Of a stretch of 64,000 nt of DNA, positions 1 to 12,560 are shown one piece after another. A model generated the notes under the pieces. The model saw nothing but the letters and a program-made list of their open reading frames with translations, did not search any database and was not told where the DNA came from. Every line of letters starts with the position of its first letter. Position 1 is the stretch's first letter. This stretch comes from Neoechinorhynchus agilis (lineage: Eukaryota; Animalia; Acanthocephala): NCBI GenBank assembly GCA_051530055.1, contig CM121342.1:11981480-12045479 (forward strand), in the 5' to 3' direction. A program made the position numbers and the translations under genes.

Positions 1-440
1 ATATGTAGGTGGGATCCGTTGGGTTTTCAACTGATTTTGTTTCGAGAAGTTTGGGTTTAGGATTGAATTTATCACTATGATCCATGGAGTTTTTGTCATT
101 GAGAAATAGCTTTATATCTCCGAGAATACTGTTTTGGACCTCCGGCGACATAGGAATTCTCAGAGAAGTGGGTGGCCATTTGCCACCCTCCGCTGCAGGG
201 CCCAACGATAACAACGCATTGTCAATCGCTCGTCGCGATCGCAGCAATGAGGGCGTTTTTGTCGACATATCGATCGGCGCCATGAATATATAAATGAAAA
301 CGGCGGTCAATTTTCTAAACAAATTCATGCCAGAACTACAAGCTAAATGTAAGACGAAGAGCCTGGGAGTGGAATTCCGAGCACGAGCATTCCTTGCAAG
401 AAGTGCGCTAATCCCTAACGGATGCTCAAGTCCTGAAGAC
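1..440 (-). mobile_element. 5' part (5'UTR and ORF1 start) of the I/Jockey-like LINE seen more completely at 30183-32530
   Basis: Identical to 32089-32528, which encodes the N-terminus of the ORF1-like protein in ORF 31391..32569. Confidence 0.75.
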
Positions 441-447
441 GTTCCAA

Positions 448-921
448 ATGGAGAAACAAACCGAGTTATTGTGCGACGCAAGCGATAAGGGTTATGGAGC
501 GGCGTTAATACAGGTGCAGGCTGATGGGAATGCGTTGCCGGTTGCCTATGCTTCTAGAACTCTCAAGAGTCCAGAGAAGAATTACGCTCAAGTTGAAAAA
601 GAGGGTTTTGTCATAATTTTCGCTGTGCGGAAATTCCACCAATACCTAATAAGCCGCAAATTTAAGCTTTACAGTGATCGTAAACCGTTGAAATACATTT
701 ATGGAGCTAACCGGAACTTGGATAAGATGAGGAACCAGCGTTTAATCCGTTGGGGTGTCGAACTATCTCAATATAATTATGAGCATGAATTTGTTATAGG
801 ACAAAACAATCGGATAGCTTATACACTCTCTCGACTCACATGTGCTCCTACCGACGACGAAGATCATGAAATCAACAGGATTCAGGATTACATGATGAGC
901 GAGATGGAGCTGAGCTTGTAA
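448..921 (+). mobile_element. Ty3/gypsy pol fragment (RNase H); second copy 32536-33009
   Basis: LLCDASDKGYGAALIQ...PVAYASRTLKSPEKNYAQVEKEG...FHQYL...SDRKPL...RLIRW is the gypsy RNase H motif set. Confidence 0.92.
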
Positions 922-1085
922 AAGATGTGCGGCGCAACCGAATCGGATCCGGAACTGCGGAACCTCTACGTGCATCAAAGTGATCAACACCTCTACATGC
1001 ATCAAATCGATTATCGGGATCAAATTGATTATCCGCATATTTAAAAACTTACAAACAATGCGTCGAGTTTATTGCAAACACCTTC

Positions 1086-3840
1086 ATGGCTGGTAAAAAG
1101 TCCCGTAACCCAGCCTCCAAGAGGATCACCTGCTCGTGCCAAGGGTGCCCGATAACAACCCTCATCGCCCCAACGCACATCCCAGAACCTTGCCCGTTCT
1201 TTATCTGTGGGTTCTGCTGCGCCAAGCTGCTGATCAAACTGGAACCAGATCGAATGCCTTTTGGAGTTGTCAACAGGGCACTTGCGACCACGATCGACGC
1301 TAACCTCGAAATATCACCTTCTACCATGCCTTTGAACATCACAGCTGAAGCCATCATACAGATTTCTCCCGATCTGATGCCCAACAACGGCTTATCACCA
1401 GAATCAATTCACCACCCCGACCTCTTTCCTCCCGTTTCACCCGTCACAACACATCCCACTCAACTGAGTACATCCCCAAACACAACCAAACAATTGTCAA
1501 GGATCCCTTACCAGCTCCCAGCAGCTCGTTAATTTCAAATCTAATTGATGACAAAGAGCGTGACCTGTTTCTGTACAAGGTCAACCAACTACCTTGTGAC
1601 AACCCAAACATGCCAACGACACCCGGAAATGATAAATCGTCTCTGGACCCTAGAACTAACTCAATCCCGATTCTCAAACCTTCGGTTCAGACTCATATTA
1701 CCTCCCTCACATCCACCCTCCGCGCAGCTCCATCTTATTCCGCTCGTCGACTTCCCTCTTTTCAAGACTACGCTCGCCTCTCAATCACGTCTACCAATCA
1801 GCCTCCCTCTCAGCATAGGTTACCGGAAATAACACCACCCTCACCGAAATCTTCTCGCGTACCAACACATCCGGCCTTCTCCCTAGCCACGCCCAACAAA
1901 AACATAAGAAATATGATCCATCCTCCTATCTCTTCATCTCCGGTATTCTTGAAGTTCCTGAATGTCCACTTTCTAGCCGTTTCAATGCGTTGAAACACAA
2001 TCTGCTACATCTCAACGAAATTACCCGTACGGCCCAACCCAAAAAATTTCGGTCGACTTTGAACAATCCACTTGCACCCTAGATGAACAGGCAACCACAA
2101 CGTAACGTGAGCATCACTCTCACTCCTTCTTCAACAAGGTAAGTGATGCCCTACCCGGAATCCGAAGTTCTATATACAGCAACGACCCGTCTAAAGCCAT
2201 AGCGGCATTGCACAATATTTTAGTCCATTGCATGCGCATGTCTTTTCCTCGGAAAATGATTCGTATGTCGAATCGTGATCCACCATGGTTGACAAGGTGA
2301 ATAAATCATTTCGCTCCCGACATCCCGATTACCCAGAACGCCACAAGAGATTCACTGAGCGTCTTCTTTACGCTCGCAAAACCTTCGTTTTTTCCAAACT
2401 ACCATCATCCTCTAATCGCTCCTGGTGGAGCGAGATCAAAAATGCCATCGGTCTTCACAGATCTCCGCCTTTCACCAATCTGCATAAATGTCAGCTCGAA
2501 AACACACTCAACGCGATGAACGCTACCATGTACCCTCCCAAATCTTCCACTGACACAAGCGTCGTACGCCCCTGCGATGATCGCAACCATAGGTCCTGTG
2601 TTCCTCATTCACGCGTCTCCTCTCTTGAGGTTCCTTTACTACTCAAAAAACTACTACGTACATCACCCCCTAACGCTTTGATTCCCAACTGGGCCATTCG
2701 CATCATCATTTCATTGATCTTTGAGCCTCTAGCTCATATCATAAATTCTAGCTTTGAAACGGGGATTTTTCCAGATTGCCTGAAGACCGCTCGCATCATT
2801 CCTATCCATAAGGCGAGGAAACCCGTTTTTCCGACTTCCTTTCGCCCTGTATCTCTACTCTCGCCGTTTTCTAAAATTTTTGAAAAATATTTTAAAACTC
2901 GCATCCTCCCCATCTTTTTACAAAACATTTCGTCTAACCAATTCGACTTCCGACCAGGATTCTGTTGTACCGACGCCCTCTTGTGCATTTACGATTCAAT
3001 TCTGCGCAATCTTGACCAAGAACCGTCTTTCGTTTGTCGCATCATCCAGGTGGATCTAGCTAAGGCCTTTGACTCTGTAGATCACGATCTTCTCGTTAAG
3101 GCCTGCGGGAAGTTTGGCTTCTTACCCTGGCAAATAAGCTGGCTCACTTCTTTCCTCGCAAACCGGTCGCAATATTTTCAATGCGGAAATAACCGCTCAA
3201 CGACCCTTCCCATACATTGCGGTGTGCCACAAGGAGCTATACTATCGCCCTTACTTTTAGGTATTTTCCTCAACGACCTTACACCCCTCTCAACGTGCGC
3301 TAAATATTTCCTTTATGCGGACGACCTAACCATCATAACCCATGCTCCTCAATCACTCTCGCTCAGCCTCACGTCCGCAGACCCATCAACTCTCAATTAA
3401 TTTCTCCAAATCTCATGAACTTATTCCGTCGCTTCGAAAACCTAGGACTGATATTCCACCGCTCCCTCTCGATATCGAACGCGTCACATCGCTTCGCATT
3501 CTGGGCCTAATCTTCCAACACAACCTCAAATGGGACATCCGCATTAATGCCATCGTAGCAAAAGCCACTGCTAAATTGCATTTAATCAAGCGCTTACGTT
3601 TCCTCGAAGTCAGCCCACGCGATCTAGCACATTTCTATTGGTCCGTTGTGGTCCCCGCAATCTCATATGCATACCCAACCTTTTGCAATTTATCAACCCA
3701 TCAACTGCGCTTGCTTTCATCTCTAAATAAACGAGCCTGCAAAATTTGCTCCAAGGACCACCCACCAATCGAAAAGCACCTTTCCAAAATCTTTGATAAA
3801 TACATTACCTCCCTGCATGACATTAAATATTGCGGACAGC
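1086..3840 (+). mobile_element. Degenerate APE-type LINE (L2/CR1-like) ORF2 with RT; second copy 33174-35928
   Basis: RT motifs FRPVSLLSPFSKIFE, QVDLAKAFDSVDH, GVPQGAILSPLL, YADD, then (frameshifted) RILGLIFQHNLKW...ISYAYPTFCNL. The 5' part (1086-2280) is poorly resolved. Confidence 0.88.
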
Positions 3841-4818
3841 AAGATACTTTTGAGGATGCGAAAATGGACAGTTTTAAAAGCAGTAGTAATAGATTGTTCT
3901 CTGATTAAGACAAGTTGAGATCTCTTGCCAATCTTCGTCGGGATCGCTCGTTACAAAATTCTTAAAAAAGACGACATAAGGATATACAATAAGAGAATGT
4001 TAGTCTAATTGTATGATGTGTAACGGCTTCTTCTGAAAGGACTACGAGCGAGAAAACCTAATACTTGGAAAAACGCTGAATCCGATCATTGATATATTTA
4101 TCAGCAACAAGTCCAATTAATGGTCCTTCGATCATTCCACAAAAACGCGGCGTTTTTTATCGACTTACTCGTTTTCGCGAATGTGTTTCGTACTGATACA
4201 TGCTACTGATTTTGTTATAAATATTTTTGCGCAAATCGAATTTTTCACGGAAACAACGCAAATAAGAATGCATTAAATCCATCGTAAGTAAATGTTTGTG
4301 AAGTCAGCTAGTAGAATTCTTTTCAACAAATCACAGGTAAATAGCGGATATGTAAGTTTATTTCGTATTTAAATTAAAACATTTAAATTTGTTCGATCAG
4401 AACCGAGATTATTTCGTTCGCGATTTTTACAGTGATCAAGAGCCTGCTCGTGAGAAATTAGCTTCAATTTGCATGTTGACATTCTAAAATCGCTATTTTA
4501 GCAACTTTGCATCGTGGGAATTTATTGTCGCATACTTTTGATAATTTCCACTTTGATTTCTTTGTGAATGAAGTAACTATAGTTTCCTAGTAAAGCATTT
4601 GCTTGCGCTTTTCGAACATCGTGATAAAAGTTCTTATCCGAAATTATAGGCATGTTTTAGAAACAAGATGTATCGATGTTTTGAAAGACTTGCCCGTGTG
4701 CGTCGATCGATTTGATAACATTGCAGCTAAATGTACAATATTTGCTGCCTTTGCCGAATGGATAAAAGTGAGCCCGTAGATCACTTGAAGGTATCTTCTT
4801 TTGTGACTCCTCCGATCA

Positions 4819-5394
4819 ATGGTGTTCGTTCACTTACTTCTCGCGCTCTTCGTTACATCAAAAACGTTTTCTGCGATGGAAATTTCTGACTTAATGCAGA
4901 CTGGCGATGAACCAAACGCAACAATTATCGAAGAGAGAGGCTGCGGATGTTTGATCTGCCCAGAACTTGATTGTTGTTCTGCCCCAAAAATAATACACGT
5001 GACAACATGTCCACCAACCTGCAAACCATACTGCCCACAACCTTCTCCACCAACCTGCCAACCACCTTGCAGACCACACTACCAACCACCTTGCCCACAA
5101 CCTTGCCCACCACCTTGCCCACCACCTTGCCCACCACCTTGCCCACCACCTTGCAGACCACACTGCCCACCACCTTACCCACCAACCTGCCCACCACCTT
5201 GTAGACCACACTGCCCACCACCTTGCCCACTAACGTGCCAACAATACTACCCACCAACATGCCCACCAGTATGTCAAAGTGCGTACCCAGCTCCATGTCA
5301 ACAATGCCACGATGTTATGGATCAAGGATGCAACATTCCGGCACATTGCAAGTACCAGAATGTTTGCCCACCAAAGGATATTGGTTGCTGCTAG
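4819..5394 (+). CDS. Secreted Cys/Pro-rich repeat protein (191 aa; signal peptide, acidic pro-region ending EER, (CPPx)n core, C-terminal CNIPAHCKYQNVCPPKDIGCC)
   Basis: Open ATG-to-stop ORF with a hydrophobic N-terminus ([18 protein letters not shown]), a 12-bp tandem unit giving 4-residue Cys periodicity, AATAAA at ~5478, and conserved paralogues elsewhere in the window. Confidence 0.88.
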   Translation: MVFVHLLLALFVTSKTFSAMEISDLMQTGDEPNATIIEERGCGCLICPELDCCSAPKIIHVTTCPPTCKPYCPQPSPPTCQPPCRPHYQPPCPQPCPPPCPPPCPPPCPPPCRPHCPPPYPPTCPPPCRPHCPPPCPLTCQQYYPPTCPPVCQSAYPAPCQQCHDVMDQGCNIPAHCKYQNVCPPKDIGCC

Positions 5395-5589
5395 AAATGG
5401 TAAAATTTGTAGCCATTTCATAGAACAATTAGATAGATGGCAAAATCGTAGAATGCCACACTTAGATGTTAGAACGCAATAAATATTCCATTTAATTCTT
5501 TTATTGTCTGAACGTCGTGGTTTACTCATCGTAAAGTAGTGTTTTTGGTATTATTAGATAATTATTTTGTTATTAATTTCCAAAAGTCC

Positions 5590-6010
5590 CGATGGGAACG
5601 GAGGAATATCTTATAAAAACAGATCGCTGCCCGGGGTCCTTTGATCGTGCGCCATTTTCCAACTTCGGTTAAAAATTCTGCGCTGCTGTTCCGATGGCGC
5701 CAATTGTCTCAGTGGCGAGATGTTGGAAAATGAGGAGCGACGTATATATGTATTTATACTTCTCCATTTTCGCCACTTCACGGCCTACAACTTGCTTTTA
5801 GCAATCGTTTTAAGGCAGCCGAAATACTGGGAGACGGCCGCTTTTCAGACGAACTTGCATGTCGCCGGAATTGAGCAAGCTACGAATAAGCGTAGTGCCG
5901 AAGCGAGACTAAAGGAACGGTCATCCATTTTAGTACCAATCGACGGGCTTGAGGAAGCGTAAAGGAAACTACGGGACCCTTTAGTTGCAGCCACGAATAG
6001 GCGTGCTCGT
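5590..6010 (-). mobile_element. Relic of a CRE-clade element 3' end, carried downstream of the Cys-rich genes (related copies 25340-25700, 37680-38100, 43065-43620)
   Basis: Minus strand gives HLATETIGAIG; the 43k copy gives LEPFGLSRDDGK...FQHLAIETIGTIG, matching the RLE end of the CRE fragments at 27k and 59k. Confidence 0.6.
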
Positions 6011-6639
6011 TCTTTGTGGTCGACACAAGAATCAATGAGGTTTCGAAAATGCTTCTGAAACCCAGAGTCTGATCAACGTTTTTGTATTGATGTATCCATT
6101 GAGACAAACATTTCCAGTTCTTTACTACTTTTTCTCTTGCGATTCGGTAAGATTTATCGTTAATTCCCCATTCTGAGATTGCTATTTCTGTCGCGCGCAG
6201 AACACGAAAATCTCCCTAGTGAACTGGGAAAGAAGTTTGTCGCTAAGCCGAGTCAGAAACTTTAACCACCAGGATTCCGGTCATTACGCGACAGATATCT
6301 TCGTCAAATTCGCCAACTCATTTTTCGGACCCTAGGGGAAATCATAGTGAGGCGCATTTTTTGCGAAGTCGTCTAGATTCAAAATAACGAGCGGCGGTGA
6401 TAGGATGTGGTTAGCTCGTTAATCGTTTTGCTGAGCACCAGCTCGAGAGGTTTTCACAATGTCGCCAAATATAAAGTAGCTGTTTATACATCGCAACGAG
6501 TGTTAATAAGCTCGGGAACTCCTATTCAATGCAGCTAATGAATGCATGGCGACTAATCGAATTAAAGGCTTTCGTGAGGTCTATCTTAACTATGACAAAA
6601 AGAGCACCAAAGACCATGTTCAGTAAAACAAATTTCAGC

Positions 6640-6975
6640 ACGTTGAAAAAACACCTTATGCCCAAATACTTTCATGGATTTGTCCCAGCGAGGAGCGTCC
6701 CCCTCCCTTTTATCGGAATTAAATGATTTAAATTCAATGTCCATGCATGTAAATAAAATTTTAGTACAGCTTTATCTTAACAAAGCTTTCGATTCACTTA
6801 ATCGGGAATTCTTATATCAATCTCTTGGCTCTTTCAAATTACCAGTAAATTTAGTTTATAAAATTAACAATAGTTTAGAAACAAAATCTTTTTACTATTA
6901 AGTTGACCCTGACCGCAGTTGTTTCCACAATAAGTACGGAGTCCTTCAAGGTTCACCTCTCTCCCCAAAGCACTT
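6640..6975 (+). mobile_element. LINE RT fragment (same family as 17345-19440); copy at 38728-39063
   Basis: KYFHGFV...SLLSEL...QLYLNKAFDSLNR...GVLQGSPLSP aligns with ORF 17924..18403. Confidence 0.82.
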
Positions 6976-7089
6976 CCTGTTAATCATGATGTGCATAATC
7001 AAGAAAATGAACAAATGAAGACATATAATCTCATTAATATATTCTGGAAAAACAAAATCCTGTCACAATTTATTTTACAATCCCGATAA

Positions 7090-7560
7090 TGACAAATACA
7101 TCACGCTCTCTTCTGGGTCTCCAATTTTAATGGAATTTGAAATTGGACTCTCACATCACTCTCTCGCTCAAGCACAACACCTTTAAAATTTATCTCCTCA
7201 AACGCCTCTGACATTTAGGAATCCCTTCACCCGATCTATCTAAATCCCTCACCCATGGTTATCCCGTCTTTTGCAACCTTTCCAAATTTCAATTACGTCG
7301 TCTTGATATTCTTCATAAAAGAGCATCTAAAATTTGCACAGCTGACTTTACCCCTTTTACCGAACGCCTTGATACTATTTTCATAAAACAATCAAAACGC
7401 CTATTAACCCTACCATCACAATTTCTTCCACATATTGCCCCCTTTTCTCATGAGCACAGCACTCGTAATCCTAATCCGTTTCATCCTTATGTACAATCTT
7501 CTCGGATATCAGAACTTGAAATAAGCCTGAGGAAAGACCAACCTTACAAGCACTCCTACA
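7090..7560 (+). mobile_element. LINE ORF2 C-terminal fragment (L2/CR1-like); copy at 39178-39648
   Basis: Frame reading THGYPVFCNLSKFQLRRLDILHKRASKIC parallels SYAYPTFCNLSTHQLRLLSSLNKRACKIC of 3342..3908. Confidence 0.7.
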
Positions 7561-8149
7561 AACAATAACCACCAATTCCCACAGAGACGGATCTTCCAAC
7601 CCAACCGGATATCCCCAAACGAACGGACATATGTCCACCCGAACGAACCTCCCCCGACTGGATAGTCCCATCCGAATGGGCATTCGTCCGTCCAGATATT
7701 ACCACCCGAACGGACATCCCTCGACTAGATATTCGAATCATAGTGGATACGCTTTTTTTGGGACAACTGTGAACTCGAGTGCTCATGAGGACCCAAAGGT
7801 ACGTGGGTCCTATACAGTATTTTTTACTAATAAACGTGCTATTATTATTAACGTAGTACGACAGTGTACCCGACCAATGAAATCGTGCAAATCATAAAAC
7901 GGTATGGGACAAATATTGCGAAAATATGAATGAGAGCATATTGGTCAAAGTCTACCGAGAATACCAAAGTATGCACATCATGTTTGGTCCCACATTTCAA
8001 ACAGAGTCCTTATATTTTTAGGGGACACTATCCAATAGCAAGAAACCCCATCACAATCAGCCCACAAACAACCAAACGACAATAAAAACAACTCGCCCTC
8101 GCCCTCGTTCGCGTCTAGTGGGTGAATTTTTTTCTTTACAGTTCTCTGG

Positions 8150-10008
8150 TTCGGCTAATTAGCGCCACGACGACTGAGGTATTTGCGTTTTGTTGTCCTA
8201 ACTTGACGCGCGGATTGATTCAGTTCGATCGATTGGCGATAATATCGTAGAGCTTCCGTTGAGAGTTCTCGGGTGAATTGCGGCGTTTTTTCGAGGACCA
8301 TCTTTTGCAATGGATCAAAATGGTGACCCCTCTGATTCTGTCGATCGATTACCCCTTGTACAAGCAAGCATTGGATTCCAGCAATATGAGATTATGTGGT
8401 AATAATCAACAAGGGTTAGACATGGGTTCGTCCTCAGAACATTTTCAACCATCATTACCCATCGCACGACAATCGGACAACGTCGAATTCAATGATGATG
8501 ACGCAACAGCTTTACAACAACACGCCGAGGTATCGAACCTCCGGGCCATCTCTTCTCTGAAAGGTTTTTGTTCGGAGTGTGGTGGTTCTTATTGCCTCAA
8601 CGAATCCGGGTTATTTCCGATGCACGGTTCCTTCAGATCCCGCTGTTCTGGTTCCTTCCGCCCCAAGATCTGTCATTTCGGACCCACTACCTCATCGGAA
8701 TGTCCCAGCGCCTCAGATCATTCCACGTTATTCCCCGATAATCCTGAAACGGATCCGAAAGGGCGCTCGGTATCAGATGACGAAGTCATTTAGTGCTTGG
8801 CTTGGGGATTGCTTAGAGAACGGCTCTTCCATTGCATGGATACGTCTCTTCGCTTTTCCCAGGCTGGTTCTTCGCGCTGGTGATAGTTCTGAGGGGTCTT
8901 TGGTCAGCTCAATTAAAGAAAGTCGTCTCCTTCGATCAACTCTTTTCAGACGCAATTCGAGCTACCTATCGAGGGCCTTCAGAACACCCTGCACACGGTA
9001 ATTTTCCGGCTAGGTCCATAGGGGAACGCGCCTCCTCGAAAATTGCGGATGGTGATGCCCGGGGAGCTGTTCGCATCCTTTCCTCTTCGGAAGTATTTGC
9101 CCAGGTTAACGAGGAAACTCTCGAAACCCCGAACCAAAAACATCCTCCATCGGAGGCACTAAAAATCCCAACTTTTCCAATCACTGCCTCGAAGTCTCCC
9201 TGCTCTGTAAAGGAACTCAATTCGGCGATATCCTCCTTTGGTAGTGGATCCGGTCATGGGTTAGACGGGCTTAGGCCTCAACACCTCGAGAACATATTGT
9301 CCTTCTCCGTGGGTGAAGCCGCTCAGGGCCTTTCGAATAGATTGACCAGCACGTTGATCTGCTCGTTGGTGACGAATTGCCTCCCGTGGCAATTCAATTG
9401 TTTTTCGGCGCTTCACATTGTACCCTTAAAAAGAAAGACGGTGGAATTCGTCCCATCCCTATAGTATCGACACTTCGGCGTCTTGCGGCAAAGATTCTTT
9501 GCAAACGTCTTGCAGTGGATCTCGGCGAACTTTTCCGCCCGGTTAAACTGGGTTGCTGTACGCCTTGCGGAGCCGAAGCTGTCGTGCACGCACTTCGCTA
9601 TTTTGTCACAAACAGTTCAGAGTCCTGTGTTGTGCTCAAGTGCGACTTCCGGAACGCCTTCAACTGTGTTGATCGCAGTGTGCTCCTAGAAGCTGTCGCA
9701 ACTTACGCACTGGACGCATACCAGTATTTCCTCAACACTTATGGGACTGAGACTCCTCTTGTTTTCAACGACCATATCATCTGGTCTCAACGATGTATCC
9801 AACAAGGGAATCCTCTCGGTGCCGTCAACCCAATCGCTCATTCGCTCCAATCCAAGTTTAATGCTTGGTATTTGGACGATGCAAGACTCGGTGGGTCTCC
9901 CTCCGTGGTGTTGCGAGATTTGGAGGTCATCATGAGGGAAGCTGCCAAGATCGGCGTTGAGCTCAGTACCTCGAAGTGTAAGCTGTTTGTGATGAATGCA
10001 GAAAACGC
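8150..10008 (+). mobile_element. CRE-clade (RLE-type) non-LTR retrotransposon, N-terminal Zn-finger region plus RT, frameshifted; copy 40238-41911
   Basis: CSECGGSYCL...MHG...C, DGDARGAVRIL, GSGHGLDGLRPQHL, FFGA...LKKKDGGIRPI...TLRRLAAK, GAEAVVHA, CDFRNAFN, QQGNPLG, WYLDD...LGG. Confidence 0.85.
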
Positions 10009-10133
10009 TGTGACGTAATAATTATACGCGACTAATTCTTCGTCGCCATAATTCAGCCGCTTACTAATCCGCTCTACGCATTCACGCATACCGTTATTTT
10101 TCAAGTTGAATGAAACTGTTTGTGTCCACCACA
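10009..10133 (+). mobile_element. Putative 5' LTR (125 bp, TGTG...CACA) of the gypsy element starting at 10162
   Basis: Begins with TG exactly where the CRE RT stops and ends with CA 28 nt before the gag ATG. No second LTR is present to confirm boundaries. Confidence 0.6.
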
Positions 10134-11329
10134 ATTTATTCAACTTGAAAAATTCCGTCTTATGGAAAGAGTTCTTTCTCCGGAAAAACTAACGATCGAA
10201 CCGACTGCTCCTTCGTCTGAACGTGAATACAAATATTGGAAGAAAACGTTTGACAACTTCGTAGCTGCATGTGGAAATCAATGTCCAGACAAACTTTAAT
10301 GTTTGATACGTTTCGTCAATCCAAACGTATATGAAATGATAGCGGACCAACCCGATTTTGATAAGGCGATTGCGATCTTGGACAAAGCATACATTAAGGA
10401 GGCGAATTCAATTTTTTCCAGACATGTGTTGGCTACGTACCAGCAGCAACCATCTCAGTCAATCGACGAGTTCGTCCGAGAACTAAACTGCATAAGCCGA
10501 AACTGTCAGTTAACGGACGTGACCGCTGAGCAATACCGACTAGAACTCATTCGCGATGCTTTTGTTAGTGGAATTGCATCCCCCCATAATTCGTCAACGC
10601 CTTCTGGAACATCATGCTCTAAGTTTTACCCAGGCGATCGACATAGCGAAGTCTCTAGATACAGCTCAGCTAAACGCTGAAATTTATGACCATCAAGCGC
10701 CGCCTATTGCAGCTTATGCCGAAGCTCCTCCATCGATTTCGCACCAGAAGCCTGAAACGGAGGATATGGAAATAGCTGCCGCCATAAAGTCAAAAAAGTG
10801 CTGGTTTTGCGGTTTTGATTTGCATCCAAAATCTCGTTGTCCTGCCAGAAAGTCTAAGTGCTCGAAATGCGGAAAAATAGGCCATTGGGGTCAAGTCTGT
10901 CGATCGAAGCCCTTAGAAAAAGCAGTCGGAGGACACCGCTACTATGTTTCTATGTGCCAGCGACGAGCTTGCAGATCCAAATAATCGAATGTTCCTTATC
11001 GACGTGATCATTGAGGGACTACCGTTATTTGCTATGATCGATACAGGTAGTTCGAGCAACTTTATTAGTGATAAGGTTGCCATGAATCTGGTACTAAAAA
11101 CGATTACATCGGAAGGTATAGTCAAGCTGGCTGCAACAAGTCAACAGATTCGAATCAAAGGCAAATGTCTCGTCGACATTCTTGTGGAAAATCGAACTTA
11201 TCATGCTGTCAAATTCAGTGTGTTGGAGGACCTTTGTACGGACGTCATACTCGGTCTAGAATTTCAAAAACTCCACAGAAGCATTCGTTTTGTCTATAAT
11301 GCTTCCAAATATGAATTGACAATCAAGCC

Positions 11330-12560
11330 CCTATCAGACTGTTGCTGGCGAATTTCTACATGAATGAAATTGAACGGCAGACCTTTGGAATTGCTCAAGA
11401 AGTCAAACCAATCTTTTACGCTAGATATATAGATGACATACTGGCCATCTTTAAGACCGGCGACGATGTAATATCCTTCAAGAACTTAATTGAAACTATA
11501 TCCAGATTGAAATTCACTGTTGAAACGTTTGACAGTAATGCCTTTCACTTTTTGGATCTTCGACTCTCGCTAAAACCAGGTAGACCCCTATCAACCTCAG
11601 TATACCATAAGCCATCGGATAATGGTTTCTACACTAACTTTGATTCAGTGACTCCATACAAATATAAAAGGTCCGTAGCTGATGCGCTAATCAACAGAGC
11701 GATAAGATACTCCACTACAACTGAAGATACTAACAAGGAACTTAAGAGGATCAGGCAATCACTAGTAAATGCATCATACCCAATTAAGGTATTAGATGAT
11801 ACAATTAAACGAGCCTACAAGAAACTTTGTACGCCATTAGAGATTCCAAACGACAACACAATACCCTTCTACTATGAAACGGACGATCCATCAAACGAGA
11901 AACGAGAAAAGAAGGAGCTGCAAGATATACTGGATAAACACACGAAGCCGACAGACAGCTCGCAAAGAATAGACGTCCGTTGCTTTTACAAAACAAAAAC
12001 GCTCCACTCATGTTTCATAGAAAAAACCAGAACTGCAGTTCTTGACACCTGTAACGTTGTGTACCAATTTACATGCAATAAAGACGGCTGTAACGCGTCT
12101 TATGCTGGCTACACAACTTGCAAGTTGAGTGACAGAATCAAACAACATACATATAAAACGAGCGCTATTAGGAAGCACATGGATGAATAGCACAACGGAT
12201 CCTACCCAACGCCATTTGAGAAATGTTTTAAGATCCTTGTCAAAGATACCGACAGGTAGAGACTGAGAACCGCCGAAGCATTAATCATTAAACACGACAA
12301 ACCAATTATCAATATCAAATTCAATGAGATGTTTAATACTCTCAAACTCTACGATTAGTGTGACAATTGATTGCTTACGTCAGCGTTAGTTTAACGCTGG
12401 GTTCTACGTGCGCGTTTGACAAATCGTGTGAATGTTAACGTTACCCTGAAGATGGAAAGAATAAATTTCCGAAACGTTGGCAATTGGGCAACTCTAGCTA
12501 TTATAAAAATGCACTCACGTATTGTATTCAGGAAGTTGGATACAAACAGTAAATCGATTT
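11330..12560 (+). mobile_element. 5'-truncated Penelope-like element (RT C-half plus GIY-YIG endonuclease) nested in the gypsy element
   Basis: LANFYM...YARYIDD...FLDL...VYHKP; GIY-YIG region VVYQFTC...C.ASYAGYTTCKLSDRIKQH. The gypsy reading resumes at ~12570. Confidence 0.9.
12440..12484 (+). ncRNA. Minimal PLE-type hammerhead ribozyme
   Basis: CTGAAGA(12446-52)-T-GGAAA/TTTCC stem II-GAAA-loopless palindromic stem III (AACGTT, GUU site); stem I GTTACC/GGCAAT with one mismatch. Lies downstream of the PLE ORF in sense. Confidence 0.7.

Larger units (their letters stand above)
1..9820 (+). repeat. Segmental duplication, copy A (partner 32089-41908; offset 32088; probably extends beyond the window start)
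   Basis: ORF track repeats with constant offset 32088. By eye I find only about a dozen substitutions and no indels. Match ends at ...TCCTCTCGGT (9820/41908). Confidence 0.97.

Noticed and set aside
3895-3940. Hammerhead-like CTGATTAA-GACAAG...CTTGCC
   Set aside because: No GAAA strand and an altered core.
4950-5330. CRISPR-like or satellite array
   Set aside because: Coding 12-bp repeat with no unique spacers, in a eukaryotic context.
4819-5394. Minicollagen call for the Cys/Pro-rich proteins
   Set aside because: No Gly-X-Y triple-helix segment in any paralogue; only the CxxxC...CC pattern is shared.
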